From NCBI GenBank assembly GCA_964455505.1, contig CAYVWM010000001.1, positions 1 through 43,784 on the forward strand: a stretch of DNA of 43,784 nucleotides. The letters run 5' to 3'. This document shows, piece by piece, positions 33,925 to 43,741 of the stretch. Each line of letters starts with the position of its first letter. The stretch's first letter is position 1. The notes under the pieces were generated by a model that saw only the letters and a program-made list of their open reading frames with translations, was not told the origin of the DNA and did not search any database. Position numbers and translations under genes: made by a program. Origin of the DNA: an uncultured Anaerolineaceae bacterium. Lineage in GTDB: Bacteria > Chloroflexota > Anaerolineae > Anaerolineales > Anaerolineaceae.

Positions 33925-34560
33925 TCAGCGATTGGTGCCCTCTCCTGTTTGCTTTTCAGTCTTAAGACTTTTCTGCACGGTCATCAGCGCAATAATTGCC
34001 ACTAAAGTTGGGATTCCAACAGCTAATGGAATGAAGAAACGCAGCGAAACAACCAGCAGGGCAGCAGAGAGAATTCCAGGAAAAAGGCACAGTGCCAGGT
34101 TTGTTGCCAGAATGGCGAGCCCGTTTTGCCAGGCCAGTTTCAACTGGCGATCTTCCTGCAGAAAAAAACACGCCAGTGCATAGAATTGCCAAAAGAACCA
34201 GAAAAGCCACAGTAAACCCAGAAAAGCGACCAGGTAAATAGCTATCGCAAGTTCAGACTGCACATAAAACCAGATGGAAAAGGCCATGCCCACAGTGACC
34301 AGGGTGTTGATTAATCCCCAGACCAGGCTTTTACCAAGATTTTGTTTAACACCCTGCCACCAACCGGCTATGCCGGTACGAATGCCGTGGGTAAGGTCCA
34401 GACTTTCCTGAAAAATGCCAAAAATGGCTGCGGGGTAGAACACAATCGTCAGACTGAGCAGCATGGCTGCCAGGCTTACCAATACCTGGTTTGCCCAATC
34501 ATCCCACCAGGTCTTAAAGGCGGCACCAATCACCAAAAAACCGTTTTTCAAATCCATCAA
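33925..34560 (-). CDS. Polytopic membrane protein, unknown function (possibly DUF624/YesL-like)
   Basis: 211 aa with about 5-6 hydrophobic helices and RBS GAGGA. The family assignment is tentative. Confidence 0.6.
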   Translation of the reverse strand: MMDLKNGFLVIGAAFKTWWDDWANQVLVSLAAMLLSLTIVFYPAAIFGIFQESLDLTHGIRTGIAGWWQGVKQNLGKSLVWGLINTLVTVGMAFSIWFYVQSELAIAIYLVAFLGLLWLFWFFWQFYALACFFLQEDRQLKLAWQNGLAILATNLALCLFPGILSAALLVVSLRFFIPLAVGIPTLVAIIALMTVQKSLKTEKQTGEGTNR

Positions 34561-34653
34561 AACTGTCCTCTGTGCGCTGATTATAATATAGGCTGATTTC
34601 CAAGTTCGATTTGGTCGTGCTTGTGGATAATTAAAAATAAGTGGAGGTTACCC

Positions 34654-35193
34654 ATGTTGGAGAGCGACAAGGCAGTTTTGGTAGTCATCGACGTGCAGGG
34701 CAAACTTGCCCGGGTGGTGGCAGAGAGTGATCGTGCTATTGCCCGAATTTCCATGTTGATCCTGGGTATGCAGGCATTAGAAGTTCCCATCATCCTGACG
34801 GCGCAGGCGCCCCAAAAGATTGGTTCCACCATCCCTGAAATACGGTCTTTGCTCCCGGATCATCGGGAATTTCCGCGGATGAGTTTCAGTGTTTATCAGG
34901 ATCAGGTGCTTCAGCAGCATTTAGACCAATTGGGGCGCAGGCAAGTTGTCCTTTGTGGATTTGAAACGCACATCTGCCTTTTTCAGAGTGCTTTGGATCT
35001 GCTCGAACAAGGTTGGGAGGTTTTCATGGCGGCAGATGCAGTTTCATCAAGAAGCCTTGAGGATAAGACCACTGCCTTGCAAGCGCTTGTGTGCAGCGGT
35101 GTGCAGCTTGTCAGTGTTGAGAGTGCGCTATTTGCAATGCTGCGCAGTGCAGACCATCTCGCTTTCAAAACAATTTCTGCGCTTATCAGATAA
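34654..35193 (+). CDS. Isochorismatase-family (cysteine) hydrolase
   Basis: AVLVVIDVQ supplies the catalytic Asp and VVLCGFETHICL the catalytic Cys. ATG at 34654 follows GGAGG. Confidence 0.8.
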   Translation: MLESDKAVLVVIDVQGKLARVVAESDRAIARISMLILGMQALEVPIILTAQAPQKIGSTIPEIRSLLPDHREFPRMSFSVYQDQVLQQHLDQLGRRQVVLCGFETHICLFQSALDLLEQGWEVFMAADAVSSRSLEDKTTALQALVCSGVQLVSVESALFAMLRSADHLAFKTISALIR

Positions 35194-35327
35194 CTGAAGC
35201 TGCATACGGGCATTTAGTCTCATTTGGTCAGTACACTGTTGAATTGTAGAGTGTTCCGGTGTTTTTATTAATAAATATCTTTCTATTGGGTGGTATATTT
35301 GAAAATTAGCGAACACATGGAGCAACT

Positions 35328-36692
35328 ATGTCTATAGAAAATCGAAACAAGAAAACAAAAAAGACCGGAAAAATTATTTCTACCCTGCTAATTCTTTTAC
35401 TGGTAGGAGTAGCCGCCTTCTTTTTTATCCGTTACCGCCAGCAACAAATGGCGATGGAAACACTAAACAATCTGGATCTTGTGCCCTACTCTAAAGAGAC
35501 TTTGGTCTCGAGTATCAGCGGAACGGGCACTGTCCGTTCCAACCAGGAAGCTGTATTGTTCTGGGAAACCAGCGGTAAAGTGGGGCAGGTTTTGGTACAG
35601 GTCGGAGATGAAGTCAAGACCGATGCGTTACTTATGGAATTGGACCAGACCGACCTGCCGCTGGATATCATCCAGGCAAAAATGGAAAAATTGAATGCTG
35701 AACAAGCGCTCGAAGACTTTGAAAACAACGTTACCCTGCAAAAAGCACAACTGGAAGCAGATATTTCATTGGGTTTACTAACCCTCCAACGGTTGGAAGA
35801 TGAATTGGAGTTGCTCGAGAAACGCAGCTGCGTAAGCTGGCGCATTGATGATCTTCAGGCTGACTACGACAACGCCCTTGTAACTTATGAGGATTGGCCT
35901 ACAGAGGTAAACCTGGCTAAAGTTGAAAGGGCTAAATCTGCACTGGATTTTTGCGAACCCGAGGCAATTTCAGAACAATTACTCGAGAAACGTTCACAGG
36001 TTGCCCTCCAGCGAGAGTCTGTTCGCGTCTTGCAGCTCAAGCAAGTTCCTGACCCAACAGACAAGGAGAAGTTGGAACTGCAGCTTGAGTCTGCTAATCG
36101 CAGGCTTGCAGCTTTGCAGCTCAAAGCGCCATTTTCTGGAACTATTACATCCATCGCCACCCGGCAAGGTGACCTGATCAGTGCCGGCACACAGGCGCTG
36201 CAGCTGGCGGATCTATCGCGCTTGCTTGTTGAAACGCCAGTCTCGGAAGTGGATATCCCCAGCGTTGCGGTCGGTCAACCAGCGAAATTGGTTTTTGACG
36301 CATTCTTTGAGCAGACTTTCACAGGGATGGTGGTTGAAGTGGCTCAGGTTGGCGTTTCCCTGCAAGGTGTGATCAATTACACCGTCACGATTGAAATGGA
36401 AAATGGCCTGGAGGTCATCAAACCTGGTATGACCGCCGGTGTGAGTATACTGGTTGAGGAAAAACCCGATGTCTTTACTGTTCCCAGTGAGGCGATTACA
36501 ACCAATCAGGGTAAAGAAGTAGTCTATGTTCTCCGGGATGGTAAACCTGAAATGGTGGAAGTTAAGGTGGGTGCCTATTCCGACCGCAAGGTGGAGATTT
36601 TGGAAGCAGCGATCGATGAGGGTGAGTCCATCATTGTGAATCCGCCTACCAGCATTCTCGATGCAGTGCCATCCGGAAGGTTTTTCCGCTAA
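35328..36692 (+). CDS. Efflux transporter periplasmic adaptor (HlyD/MacA membrane-fusion family)
   Basis: N-terminal TM anchor, a lipoyl-like half motif (G.V..V.V.VGD.V..D..L..LD), a long coiled-coil hairpin, and the second half motif ([10 protein letters not shown]...GD). MacB-type ABC genes follow. Confidence 0.8.
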   Translation: MSIENRNKKTKKTGKIISTLLILLLVGVAAFFFIRYRQQQMAMETLNNLDLVPYSKETLVSSISGTGTVRSNQEAVLFWETSGKVGQVLVQVGDEVKTDALLMELDQTDLPLDIIQAKMEKLNAEQALEDFENNVTLQKAQLEADISLGLLTLQRLEDELELLEKRSCVSWRIDDLQADYDNALVTYEDWPTEVNLAKVERAKSALDFCEPEAISEQLLEKRSQVALQRESVRVLQLKQVPDPTDKEKLELQLESANRRLAALQLKAPFSGTITSIATRQGDLISAGTQALQLADLSRLLVETPVSEVDIPSVAVGQPAKLVFDAFFEQTFTGMVVEVAQVGVSLQGVINYTVTIEMENGLEVIKPGMTAGVSILVEEKPDVFTVPSEAITTNQGKEVVYVLRDGKPEMVEVKVGAYSDRKVEILEAAIDEGESIIVNPPTSILDAVPSGRFFR

Positions 36693-36693
36693 A

Positions 36694-37398
36694 ATGGGCA
36701 ATCTAATACTCCAAACCCCACCGGTTATCCGGGTGCGCAATATGACCAAGCATTACAATCTTGGTGATATTTTGGTCCAGGCACTGAGGGGCGTAGACCT
36801 CGAAATTCTTGAGGGTGAAGTTGTGGCTATCATGGGGCCGTCGGGGTCGGGCAAGTCGACCCTGATGAACATGATTGGCTGCCTGGATTCGCCCACCAGC
36901 GGTGAGTATTATCTGGATGGGCAACTCGTGTCTGACCTGGTGGACGATGAGTTGGCTGAAGTTCGGAACAAGAAAATCGGCTTTGTTTTTCAAAAATACA
37001 ATTTACTGCCCCGCGCCAATGCCCTGGAGAATGTTGAACTGCCATTGCGTTACAGCCAGGACAGAAACAACCTGCGGCAGCGTGCAGCGGATGCGCTCAA
37101 AGCCGTTGGGCTGGAAGACCGCATGACCCATAAGCCCAATGAACTCTCGGGTGGGCAGCAGCAGCGGGTAGCCATTGCAAGGGCGATTGTTAATGAACCT
37201 GCAATCATTCTTGCTGATGAACCGACTGGCAACCTTGATTCAAAATCCGGTCAGGAAATTATGGAGCTGCTTTTAAACCTGAACGCAAATCGTGGAACCA
37301 CACTGGTGATCGTAACGCACGATCCCGGTGTTGCAGCCCACGCCCAGCGGACAATACACTTGTTTGATGGTTTGATCCAAAGGGAGGAAACCGCATGA
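36694..37398 (+). CDS. MacB/LolD-type ABC transporter ATP-binding protein
   Basis: Walker [10 protein letters not shown], signature [14 protein letters not shown], Walker [13 protein letters not shown]-loop VTHD. ATG at 36694 is 1 nt after the upstream stop. Confidence 0.9.
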   Translation: MGNLILQTPPVIRVRNMTKHYNLGDILVQALRGVDLEILEGEVVAIMGPSGSGKSTLMNMIGCLDSPTSGEYYLDGQLVSDLVDDELAEVRNKKIGFVFQKYNLLPRANALENVELPLRYSQDRNNLRQRAADALKAVGLEDRMTHKPNELSGGQQQRVAIARAIVNEPAIILADEPTGNLDSKSGQEIMELLLNLNANRGTTLVIVTHDPGVAAHAQRTIHLFDGLIQREETA

Positions 37399-38627
37399 GT
37401 TTTCTCCAGGTTCTCAAAGAGTCGATTATCAGCATTACTGCTAACCGCACGCGTTCTTTTCTGACCATATTGGGAATTGTCATTGGGGTGGGGGCTGTTA
37501 TTGGATTGATGGCGATTGGCGAAGGTGCGCAGAATACAATTACAAGCCAGATCGAATCCATCGGCACCAATGTCGTTTACATCATGTCTGGCAATATGAT
37601 TGATGATGTTACCAATCCCAAACGCCTGACCCTATCTGATACCGATGCGCTTGAAAACCGCAGCCGGGCGCCGAGCATTGCCCGCGTCAGTCCGGTGCTT
37701 AATGAAAATGCACAGTTGAAACTTGGTGGTGAAAGCCTTTCCACAAATATCATCGGGTCCCAAACTTCCTATCAGCAGATTCTGAACCTTGAGATTGCAG
37801 AAGGCAACTTTTTTACTGCAAGCCAGGTAGACTCCCGGGCATCGGTTGTGGTTATCGGACCGGAAGTGGCAGAGCGGTTGATTGGGCGAACGAGCGAGGT
37901 GGTCGGCACTATCTTGCGCATTAATGGGTACCCTTTTCGGGTTATTGGTGTAACGGTTGCCAAAGGCGGAAGTCAATTTAACAATCCGGATCTGAATGTG
38001 TACATGCCAATTACATCCATGCAACTCCGTGTGAAGCACTCTGATGTTGGGGGAAGGGTGGATTTCATTATTATCCAGGCACAGGACAGCCAGAGCGTGT
38101 CTGCTGCCATTCAGGAAGCCAATGCGATCATGCGTGACGCTCACCGCCTGAGCCCCCGTCAACCGAATGACTTTACCATTACAAACCAGGAAGATTTTCT
38201 TTCTATTGCCAGTTCGATCACTTCTGTGCTGACCATCTTTCTGAGCGGCATAGCAGGTATTTCCCTGCTGGTGGGGGGAATTGGGATTATGAACATCATG
38301 CTGGTATCAGTCACTGAACGCACCCAGGAGATTGGTTTGCGCAAGGCATTGGGAGCCAGAAAAGCGGACATCAAAACGCAATTCTTGACTGAATCGGCAC
38401 TGCTGAGCATGTTTGGTGGGGTGATTGGGATTGGGCTCGGCTGGCTGCTTTCCACAGCAGTGGGTATTTATGCCAGCCGGACCGGTACGCCTATCAACCC
38501 CCAAATTGGTCCGGGTTCTGTGCTGCTTGCTACTCTCTTTTCAATGGCGGTCGGTGTTTTCTTTGGTTGGTATCCAGCCAGCCGGGCAGCCAATTTAGAG
38601 CCGGTTGAGGCACTCCGCTACGAATAG
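37395..38627 (+). CDS. MacB/FtsX-type ABC transporter permease
   Basis: 410 aa with a MacB periplasmic core domain between TM1 and TM2 and a C-terminal FtsX domain ([14 protein letters not shown]). It overlaps the ATPase stop by 4 nt. Confidence 0.9.
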   Translation: MSFLQVLKESIISITANRTRSFLTILGIVIGVGAVIGLMAIGEGAQNTITSQIESIGTNVVYIMSGNMIDDVTNPKRLTLSDTDALENRSRAPSIARVSPVLNENAQLKLGGESLSTNIIGSQTSYQQILNLEIAEGNFFTASQVDSRASVVVIGPEVAERLIGRTSEVVGTILRINGYPFRVIGVTVAKGGSQFNNPDLNVYMPITSMQLRVKHSDVGGRVDFIIIQAQDSQSVSAAIQEANAIMRDAHRLSPRQPNDFTITNQEDFLSIASSITSVLTIFLSGIAGISLLVGGIGIMNIMLVSVTERTQEIGLRKALGARKADIKTQFLTESALLSMFGGVIGIGLGWLLSTAVGIYASRTGTPINPQIGPGSVLLATLFSMAVGVFFGWYPASRAANLEPVEALRYE

Positions 38628-38662
38628 CCGCAACTTAGAAAAATAATTAATCGCCTGATAAG

Positions 38663-38695
38663 AAAAAAACTGTCCGTATTTGCGGACAGTTTTTG
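38663..38695. terminator. Bidirectional rho-independent terminator
   Basis: AAAAAAA, CTGTCCG (38670-38676), loop TATTTG, CGGACAG (38683-38689), TTTTT. It lies between the convergent macB permease and htrA. Confidence 0.8.
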
Positions 38696-38714
38696 TGTAC
38701 TGGTTTCTCGCGTG

Positions 38715-39968
38715 TTACGGGCGTTTGCCGAGCGTAACAGGCACATCCATTTGCTCACCATCACGCATGATCGTAAAGGTGATCACTTCGCCTGGAGTCT
38801 TGTTTAATACCATGTAGCTCAGTAATTCGCTGAAGTCCTTGATGGGGATCCCATCCACAGCGATAATGAGATCGCCACCGCGGTACAACCCTGTAATTTC
38901 AGATTGTTGTGTACCAGCACGCAAACCAGCTTTATCTGCTGGACCGCCGGTGGTGATATCGGTAATATACGCACCTGTTGACTGGGGCAGGTCAAGCACT
39001 TCCTGCACTGCCAGGCTCAGACTGTTGAGGCTGGTCATGCCCAGGTAGGGGTAATCGTAGGAACCGTTGGCAATCAGGCTGGGAACTACCCGCCTGACGA
39101 TGTTGGAAGATACCGCAAAACCGATGCCGGTGTAGCCAGGATCGCCCAAAGCACTGATTCCTGAGGTCTGGATAGCCCGGTTTACACCAACCACTTCACC
39201 TTTGAGGTTGAGCAATGGTCCGCCGGAGTTGCCCGGGTTGATTGAGGTATCGGTTTGGATAAGGTCTCCAGCTGAAAAGAAGGTTCCGCTATTGGTCTGC
39301 CGGATGGAATCGAGCACTCTGCCCCGTGCGGAAATGATACCCATAGTCATTGTTCCGCTCAATCCATATGGATTGCCAATGGCGACCACCGTCTGCCCCA
39401 CCAGGGCGGTGTCGGAGTCGCCCAGTTTTACTGGATAGAGGTCGTCTGGGTCAACATCTACCTTGATGACGGCCAGATCGGAATCCAAATCCGTTCCGAT
39501 GACTTCCCCATAAACTTTGAGTCCAGATGGGAAGTGGATTTCCGGTTCGTCCACGTTTTCGACAACGTGATAGTTGGTGACGATGTGCCCTTCCTTATCA
39601 ATCACAAAACCCGAGCCAAGTCCCTGCCCCTGGGTTGTGCTGAATTGGATGGACACCACGCCAGGGCTGACCTGTTGGTAAAGGGCTTCCAGGGTGTCCG
39701 TGAGGTTTGCATATTCCGGCACGATGATGGTGCCCGGCTCTGCGGTTGGCAGTTCTGTTGGAATATTGGTAGGTTCTTCAATGGTTGCAGGGGGTTCCGT
39801 GGCTTCCTGCACCAATGGCAAATTTTCTGGTGCTTGTGTTTCCTGGTTCTGCTGTAGTTCCTGCACCTGCGAAACGGCGCTTCGCATCAGGTTGGTCAAG
39901 ATGCAGCCCGTGCTTACCACAAAGACGAGCGCCAGTATTAATAGTATTGTCCATTTTTTTATTTTCAT
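38715..39968 (-). CDS. htrA: HtrA/DegP-family trypsin-like serine protease with one PDZ domain
   Basis: N-terminal TM anchor and a catalytic triad context (TNYHVV, DLAVIK, GNSGGPL). The C-terminal PDZ domain reads GDLIIAVDGIPI... RBS AAGGTG. Confidence 0.9.
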   Translation of the reverse strand: MKIKKWTILLILALVFVVSTGCILTNLMRSAVSQVQELQQNQETQAPENLPLVQEATEPPATIEEPTNIPTELPTAEPGTIIVPEYANLTDTLEALYQQVSPGVVSIQFSTTQGQGLGSGFVIDKEGHIVTNYHVVENVDEPEIHFPSGLKVYGEVIGTDLDSDLAVIKVDVDPDDLYPVKLGDSDTALVGQTVVAIGNPYGLSGTMTMGIISARGRVLDSIRQTNSGTFFSAGDLIQTDTSINPGNSGGPLLNLKGEVVGVNRAIQTSGISALGDPGYTGIGFAVSSNIVRRVVPSLIANGSYDYPYLGMTSLNSLSLAVQEVLDLPQSTGAYITDITTGGPADKAGLRAGTQQSEITGLYRGGDLIIAVDGIPIKDFSELLSYMVLNKTPGEVITFTIMRDGEQMDVPVTLGKRP

Positions 39969-40003
39969 ATTTCACCTTGCCTGTAACTATATATCATCTC
40001 ATC

Positions 40004-40031
40004 ATTGTAGCCATAACGAATGCCGAGTCAA
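40004..40031 (-). promoter_or_regulatory. Sigma-70-type promoter of htrA
   Basis: The minus strand reads TTGACT (40031-40026), a 16-nt spacer, then TACAAT (40009-40004). It lies about 35 nt upstream of the htrA ATG. Confidence 0.55.
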
Positions 40032-40172
40032 GTTTTGGTAGGGATTTTTTATGAGATTCATATGATTACAATTGGAAATCATTGGCTGTTTTGTCGCATA
40101 AAACATTGCGTATAGGTGAATAATTGTTACATAGGCTGTAAGACCTAGAATTGTGTTTCAAAAAGGAAAACT

Positions 40173-40212
40173 AAAAAAAACAACTGCATTGTTGCGATTT
40201 GCAGCTGTTTTT
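40173..40212 (-). terminator. Rho-independent terminator of fhs
   Basis: The minus strand reads CAGCTGCA, an 11-nt loop, TGCAGTTG (8-bp stem with one G:U pair), then eight U (plus-strand A-run 40173-40180). Confidence 0.7.
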
Positions 40213-40269
40213 AAAGGTCATCTTTTTAGAGCAAACTTGCTCGGAAAGAACTACAGGTAGATCCTGATG

Positions 40270-42198
40270 TTACGAAAGCCCGAGCACCTTGCCGGTCTCA
40301 AAATCGATGTCAATGTCGTAATACGCTGGACGGGTGGGCAAGCCGGGCATCGTGCTCATGGTACCCAGCAGCGGATACAGGAAGCCCGCTCCTATAGAAG
40401 CGCTTACATCCCGGATTGGGATACGGTATCCTTTTGGCACACCTTTCAACTCAGGGTCGTGACTGAGGCTGAGGTGGGTCTTTGCCATACAGATGGGCAG
40501 CTTGTCGTATCCCAGGCGGGTGTATTCCCGGATGCGCTCTTCAGCTTTTTCAGAGTAATCCACACCATCGGCACCATAGACCTCGCGTGCAATTGTTTCA
40601 ATCTTTTCTTTGATGGACGCTTCGAGGGGGTAGAGAAATGAGAACTTAGATGGTTGATCCGCAGCTTTCATCACTGCCTTGCCCAGATCCACTGCGCCTG
40701 CGCCGCCTTTGGAGTAATGGTCGCACACTACGGCATCCACCACGCCGCCCCGTTCCAAAGCAATTTTTCGAACCAGTTCCAGCTCTGCCTGCGTGTCTGT
40801 TGGGAAGCGATTGATAGCCACAACCACCGGTATTCCGAAGCGTTGGGCGATGCGGCAGTGTGCCAGCATGTTTTCAGCGCCCTTCTCAATCAGTTCCAGG
40901 TTTTCGTTGGTGTATTCCGGCGCCAATGGCGCACCAGCCGTCACTTTAGGTCCGCCGCCGTGCATCTTGAGCGCCCGGACGGTTGCCACGAGCACAACGG
41001 CATTGGGAATGTTTCCTGAATATCGGCATTTGATGTCAAAAAATTTCTCCATGCCCATATCGGCACCAAAGCCGGACTCGGTGACGACATAGTCAGCCAA
41101 CTTGAGGGCGATCATATCGGCAACAATGGAGCTGTTTCCGTGGGCAATATTGGCAAAAGGTCCGGCGTGGACTAAAACCGGCGTACCTTCCAGAGTCTGC
41201 ATCAGGTTGGGTTTGATTGTATCCATCATCAAGACGGTCAGTGCACCTGCCACTCCCAGATCATCCGCAGTTATCGCCTCAGCCTGGCGGTTTAAGCCAA
41301 TTACGATCTTACCAATGCGTTCGCGCATATCCTGCAAACTGGTGGAGAGCGCCAGAATCGCCATCAGTTCACTCGCAACCGTGATGTAGAAATTGGTCTT
41401 GAGTTCAAATCCTTTTTCTGCGCTGCCTTGCCCGACGGTGATGCCCCGCAGCATGCGGTCGTTCACATCCAGCCCCCGTCGCCAGGTGACACTTTCAGGG
41501 TCAATGTCCAGCCTGGCAAACCTTGCGCGTTCTTCAGGGCTCAATTTATCCGGATCGGTTTCGGTGATGCCCAGCTTTTTCAAGCGCCCCTGCATGCTGA
41601 TGGAAAAGGAGCGTTTACCTTGTTTGTTGGGGGGGCAGAGCCGATTGAAAAGCCCTTCGTCACTCTGGGTGGATTCGTGGAACATGCGCGTGTCGATAGC
41701 CGCTGCCAGCAGGTTATTTGCTGCGGTGATTGCGTGAATATCGCCGGTCAGGTGCAGGTTGAAATCCTCCATCGGGATTACTTGGGAGTATCCACCTCCC
41801 GCAGCGCCGCCTTTGATACCGAATGTGGGTCCTTGTGAAGGCTGGCGGATACAGGTAAACACCCGTTGCCCAAGATGGGCACCCAGAGCCTGACTGAGAC
41901 CGACCGTGGTTGTGGTCTTGCCTTCTCCAAGCGGGGTAGGGGTGATCGCGGTTACGTCGATATACTTGCCATCCGGCACATCTTTCAGGCGATCCAGAAC
42001 ACTCAGTTTAATTTTGGCTTTGTGGTCACCATAGAGTTCTATTTCTTCTGGCAGCAAGCCAGCCTCTTCAGCCACCTGGCTGATATGTTTGAGGGTGGCG
42101 TCCTGCGCGATTTCAATATCGGGCGGTACAGGCTGTTTGAGAGTTAGCAATGTGGGAATAAAGTGTCTGAGACCAGGTTTTTGTTTGAAAGATGTCAT
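40270..42198 (-). CDS. fhs: Formate-tetrahydrofolate ligase, long (eukaryote-like) form
   Basis: FTHFS signatures [44 protein letters not shown] and MPGLPTRPA are present. At 642 aa it is longer than the roughly 556-560 aa I recall for typical bacterial enzymes. RBS AGGAG. Confidence 0.93.
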   Translation of the reverse strand: MTSFKQKPGLRHFIPTLLTLKQPVPPDIEIAQDATLKHISQVAEEAGLLPEEIELYGDHKAKIKLSVLDRLKDVPDGKYIDVTAITPTPLGEGKTTTTVGLSQALGAHLGQRVFTCIRQPSQGPTFGIKGGAAGGGYSQVIPMEDFNLHLTGDIHAITAANNLLAAAIDTRMFHESTQSDEGLFNRLCPPNKQGKRSFSISMQGRLKKLGITETDPDKLSPEERARFARLDIDPESVTWRRGLDVNDRMLRGITVGQGSAEKGFELKTNFYITVASELMAILALSTSLQDMRERIGKIVIGLNRQAEAITADDLGVAGALTVLMMDTIKPNLMQTLEGTPVLVHAGPFANIAHGNSSIVADMIALKLADYVVTESGFGADMGMEKFFDIKCRYSGNIPNAVVLVATVRALKMHGGGPKVTAGAPLAPEYTNENLELIEKGAENMLAHCRIAQRFGIPVVVAINRFPTDTQAELELVRKIALERGGVVDAVVCDHYSKGGAGAVDLGKAVMKAADQPSKFSFLYPLEASIKEKIETIAREVYGADGVDYSEKAEERIREYTRLGYDKLPICMAKTHLSLSHDPELKGVPKGYRIPIRDVSASIGAGFLYPLLGTMSTMPGLPTRPAYYDIDIDFETGKVLGLS

Positions 42199-42210
42199 TT
42201 TGCTCCTAAG

Positions 42211-43614
42211 TTAAGGTCCAATCGTTGCTGCAGGCGGCAACGTGGCTGAAGATTTGATGGTCAATGAAGTGTAATCGCCTACGATCAGTACCGGCACTTC
42301 AATGCTTGTTGTACTGTTTGGCAATAAATCGAAAATGGTTTCCTGGCCGCCTCCAACGATATTGCCTTTCTCATCCATCAGGATAGTGGTTACCAGGGCT
42401 TTAGAAATGGAGGCATTGAGATTGTTGAGAACGCTCAGACGGACAACCAGTGTATTTGCATCAGCAACCAACACCTCCTGGGAGGTTGTCAGTGGGTTGT
42501 AAGCCAAATCGTATTCCCCAAATTCACCTGGAATGACGATCAGATCGACTTTGGCAGGTTCGGAACCAGTAGGGGCGCTCAGGATTCCAGGCGAGAAATA
42601 CTGCGTTTCACCCGGCAAAAAGAAGTTGATAAAGTCTTTATCCACCAAACATACCCGGCCTTGAGCATCGTAAACCGTCAGGATGTAGTAATTGCCAGTC
42701 AGGACCCTGTCTGTGATATTGGTCAATTCTGCACCGCCGCTGATTTGGCGGTCTGCGTTAATCACAAAATTCCAGTTGCGTACCTTGATGTTGTTCCACC
42801 AGCGCCCGCCCTCAAGTGAGGCGGAGTAGGCTGAAATCCACGGATAAATTTCTACGCGTGCTGCTTCCTGGGAGACCAGGCTTGGGATGGTCACCCCGAT
42901 CCGGTCTTTTTCGGGAACGAATTCGGTATAAGTGCTGCCTCCCCCGATGATCTCGCCGTTGACGTTGTAAGCTACTGCGTTTAGGTTGACTTCGGTGTAG
43001 GTAAAGGCATCCCGGTTTTCGAGCCATCCTGTGATGACAGTGCCCTGCTCCTCATCGGCAAAATAGGCTGGTTGGCTAATGCTAAAAGGCTGCTGGTATT
43101 TCAACTTGCGGTCTGGGATGCCGCCGCTGAAGTGTACCTGCACATTTGCCGGTGCAATGCCCGTCTGTAAATTTAACGTGCGCACCAAACCGCTTGTTTC
43201 TTTTGGGAAAAGATACTCGATTGACCCAATTTCCTCTGCGATGCGATTCCCGATACTGTCCAACGCAACAATTTCAAATTGGACATCCCGTAGAATGGCT
43301 TCTTCGTAGATGTTTTGAAATTTTGCCACAACCACCAATTGATAATCCTGGGTAAAAAACTGCAGTTCGGTTATCTGAACTGGGTTTGGTTCCGTAAAAT
43401 TGACTGTGGGGGTTGGATTGACAGGAACTGTCTGGAGGTCCGGTGTCGCTGTTTGCGTGAGGTCTGCTTGGACGGTACCTTCCGGTTGGACGGGCGGGAT
43501 GGGCGTTGCAGTGGCGTCTGGATTGGGAAGGATCCGGTCACAAGCTGGAAGAACCAGGATAAGGAAGAGCAGGTAACTCCATAAAAAGTGCTTTTGGATT
43601 GCCTTCATGCGCAA
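42211..43614 (-). CDS. Lipoprotein of unknown function built from four tandem repeats of about 95-100 aa
   Basis: Lipobox LVLPAC follows a hydrophobic signal peptide, then a Pro/Thr-rich linker, then four repeats. The repeats share the pattern hydrophobic strand - N - ... - (A/V)xDxxGxxI - ... - (F/L)(L/V)Px(E/S)T. The gene ends 12 nt before the fhs start. The start is a TTG at 43614 or an ATG at 43608. Confidence 0.7.
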   Translation of the reverse strand: MRMKAIQKHFLWSYLLFLILVLPACDRILPNPDATATPIPPVQPEGTVQADLTQTATPDLQTVPVNPTPTVNFTEPNPVQITELQFFTQDYQLVVVAKFQNIYEEAILRDVQFEIVALDSIGNRIAEEIGSIEYLFPKETSGLVRTLNLQTGIAPANVQVHFSGGIPDRKLKYQQPFSISQPAYFADEEQGTVITGWLENRDAFTYTEVNLNAVAYNVNGEIIGGGSTYTEFVPEKDRIGVTIPSLVSQEAARVEIYPWISAYSASLEGGRWWNNIKVRNWNFVINADRQISGGAELTNITDRVLTGNYYILTVYDAQGRVCLVDKDFINFFLPGETQYFSPGILSAPTGSEPAKVDLIVIPGEFGEYDLAYNPLTTSQEVLVADANTLVVRLSVLNNLNASISKALVTTILMDEKGNIVGGGQETIFDLLPNSTTSIEVPVLIVGDYTSLTIKSSATLPPAATIGP

Positions 43615-43674
43615 ACAAACCTTGATTTATATAGATGAGGATGTGTGATTTGGAATTCGCTGCTCATGTTTCTA

Positions 43675-43704
43675 ATTATAGCAGTTTGGGTCTATTTTTT
43701 TCAA
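43675..43704 (-). promoter_or_regulatory. Sigma-70-type promoter of the lipoprotein-fhs unit
   Basis: The minus strand reads TTGAAA (43704-43699), an 18-nt spacer, then TATAAT (43680-43675). Confidence 0.5.
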
Positions 43705-43741
43705 AACACCAGGAACTGGGGTGGTTCAGCCACCATCTCAA

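Noticed and set aside
36213-36749. Long antisense or nested ORFs. Examples are 36213-36749 (-), 37632-38162 (-), 23618-24109 (-), 33233-33769 (+), 5713-6204 (-), 26680-27105 (-) and 10348-10818 (+).
   Set aside because: Each lies entirely inside, and opposite or out of frame to, a gene with clear family motifs. They lack Shine-Dalgarno sites, and their translations are Arg/Ser/Cys/Pro-rich low-quality sequence typical of shadow ORFs.
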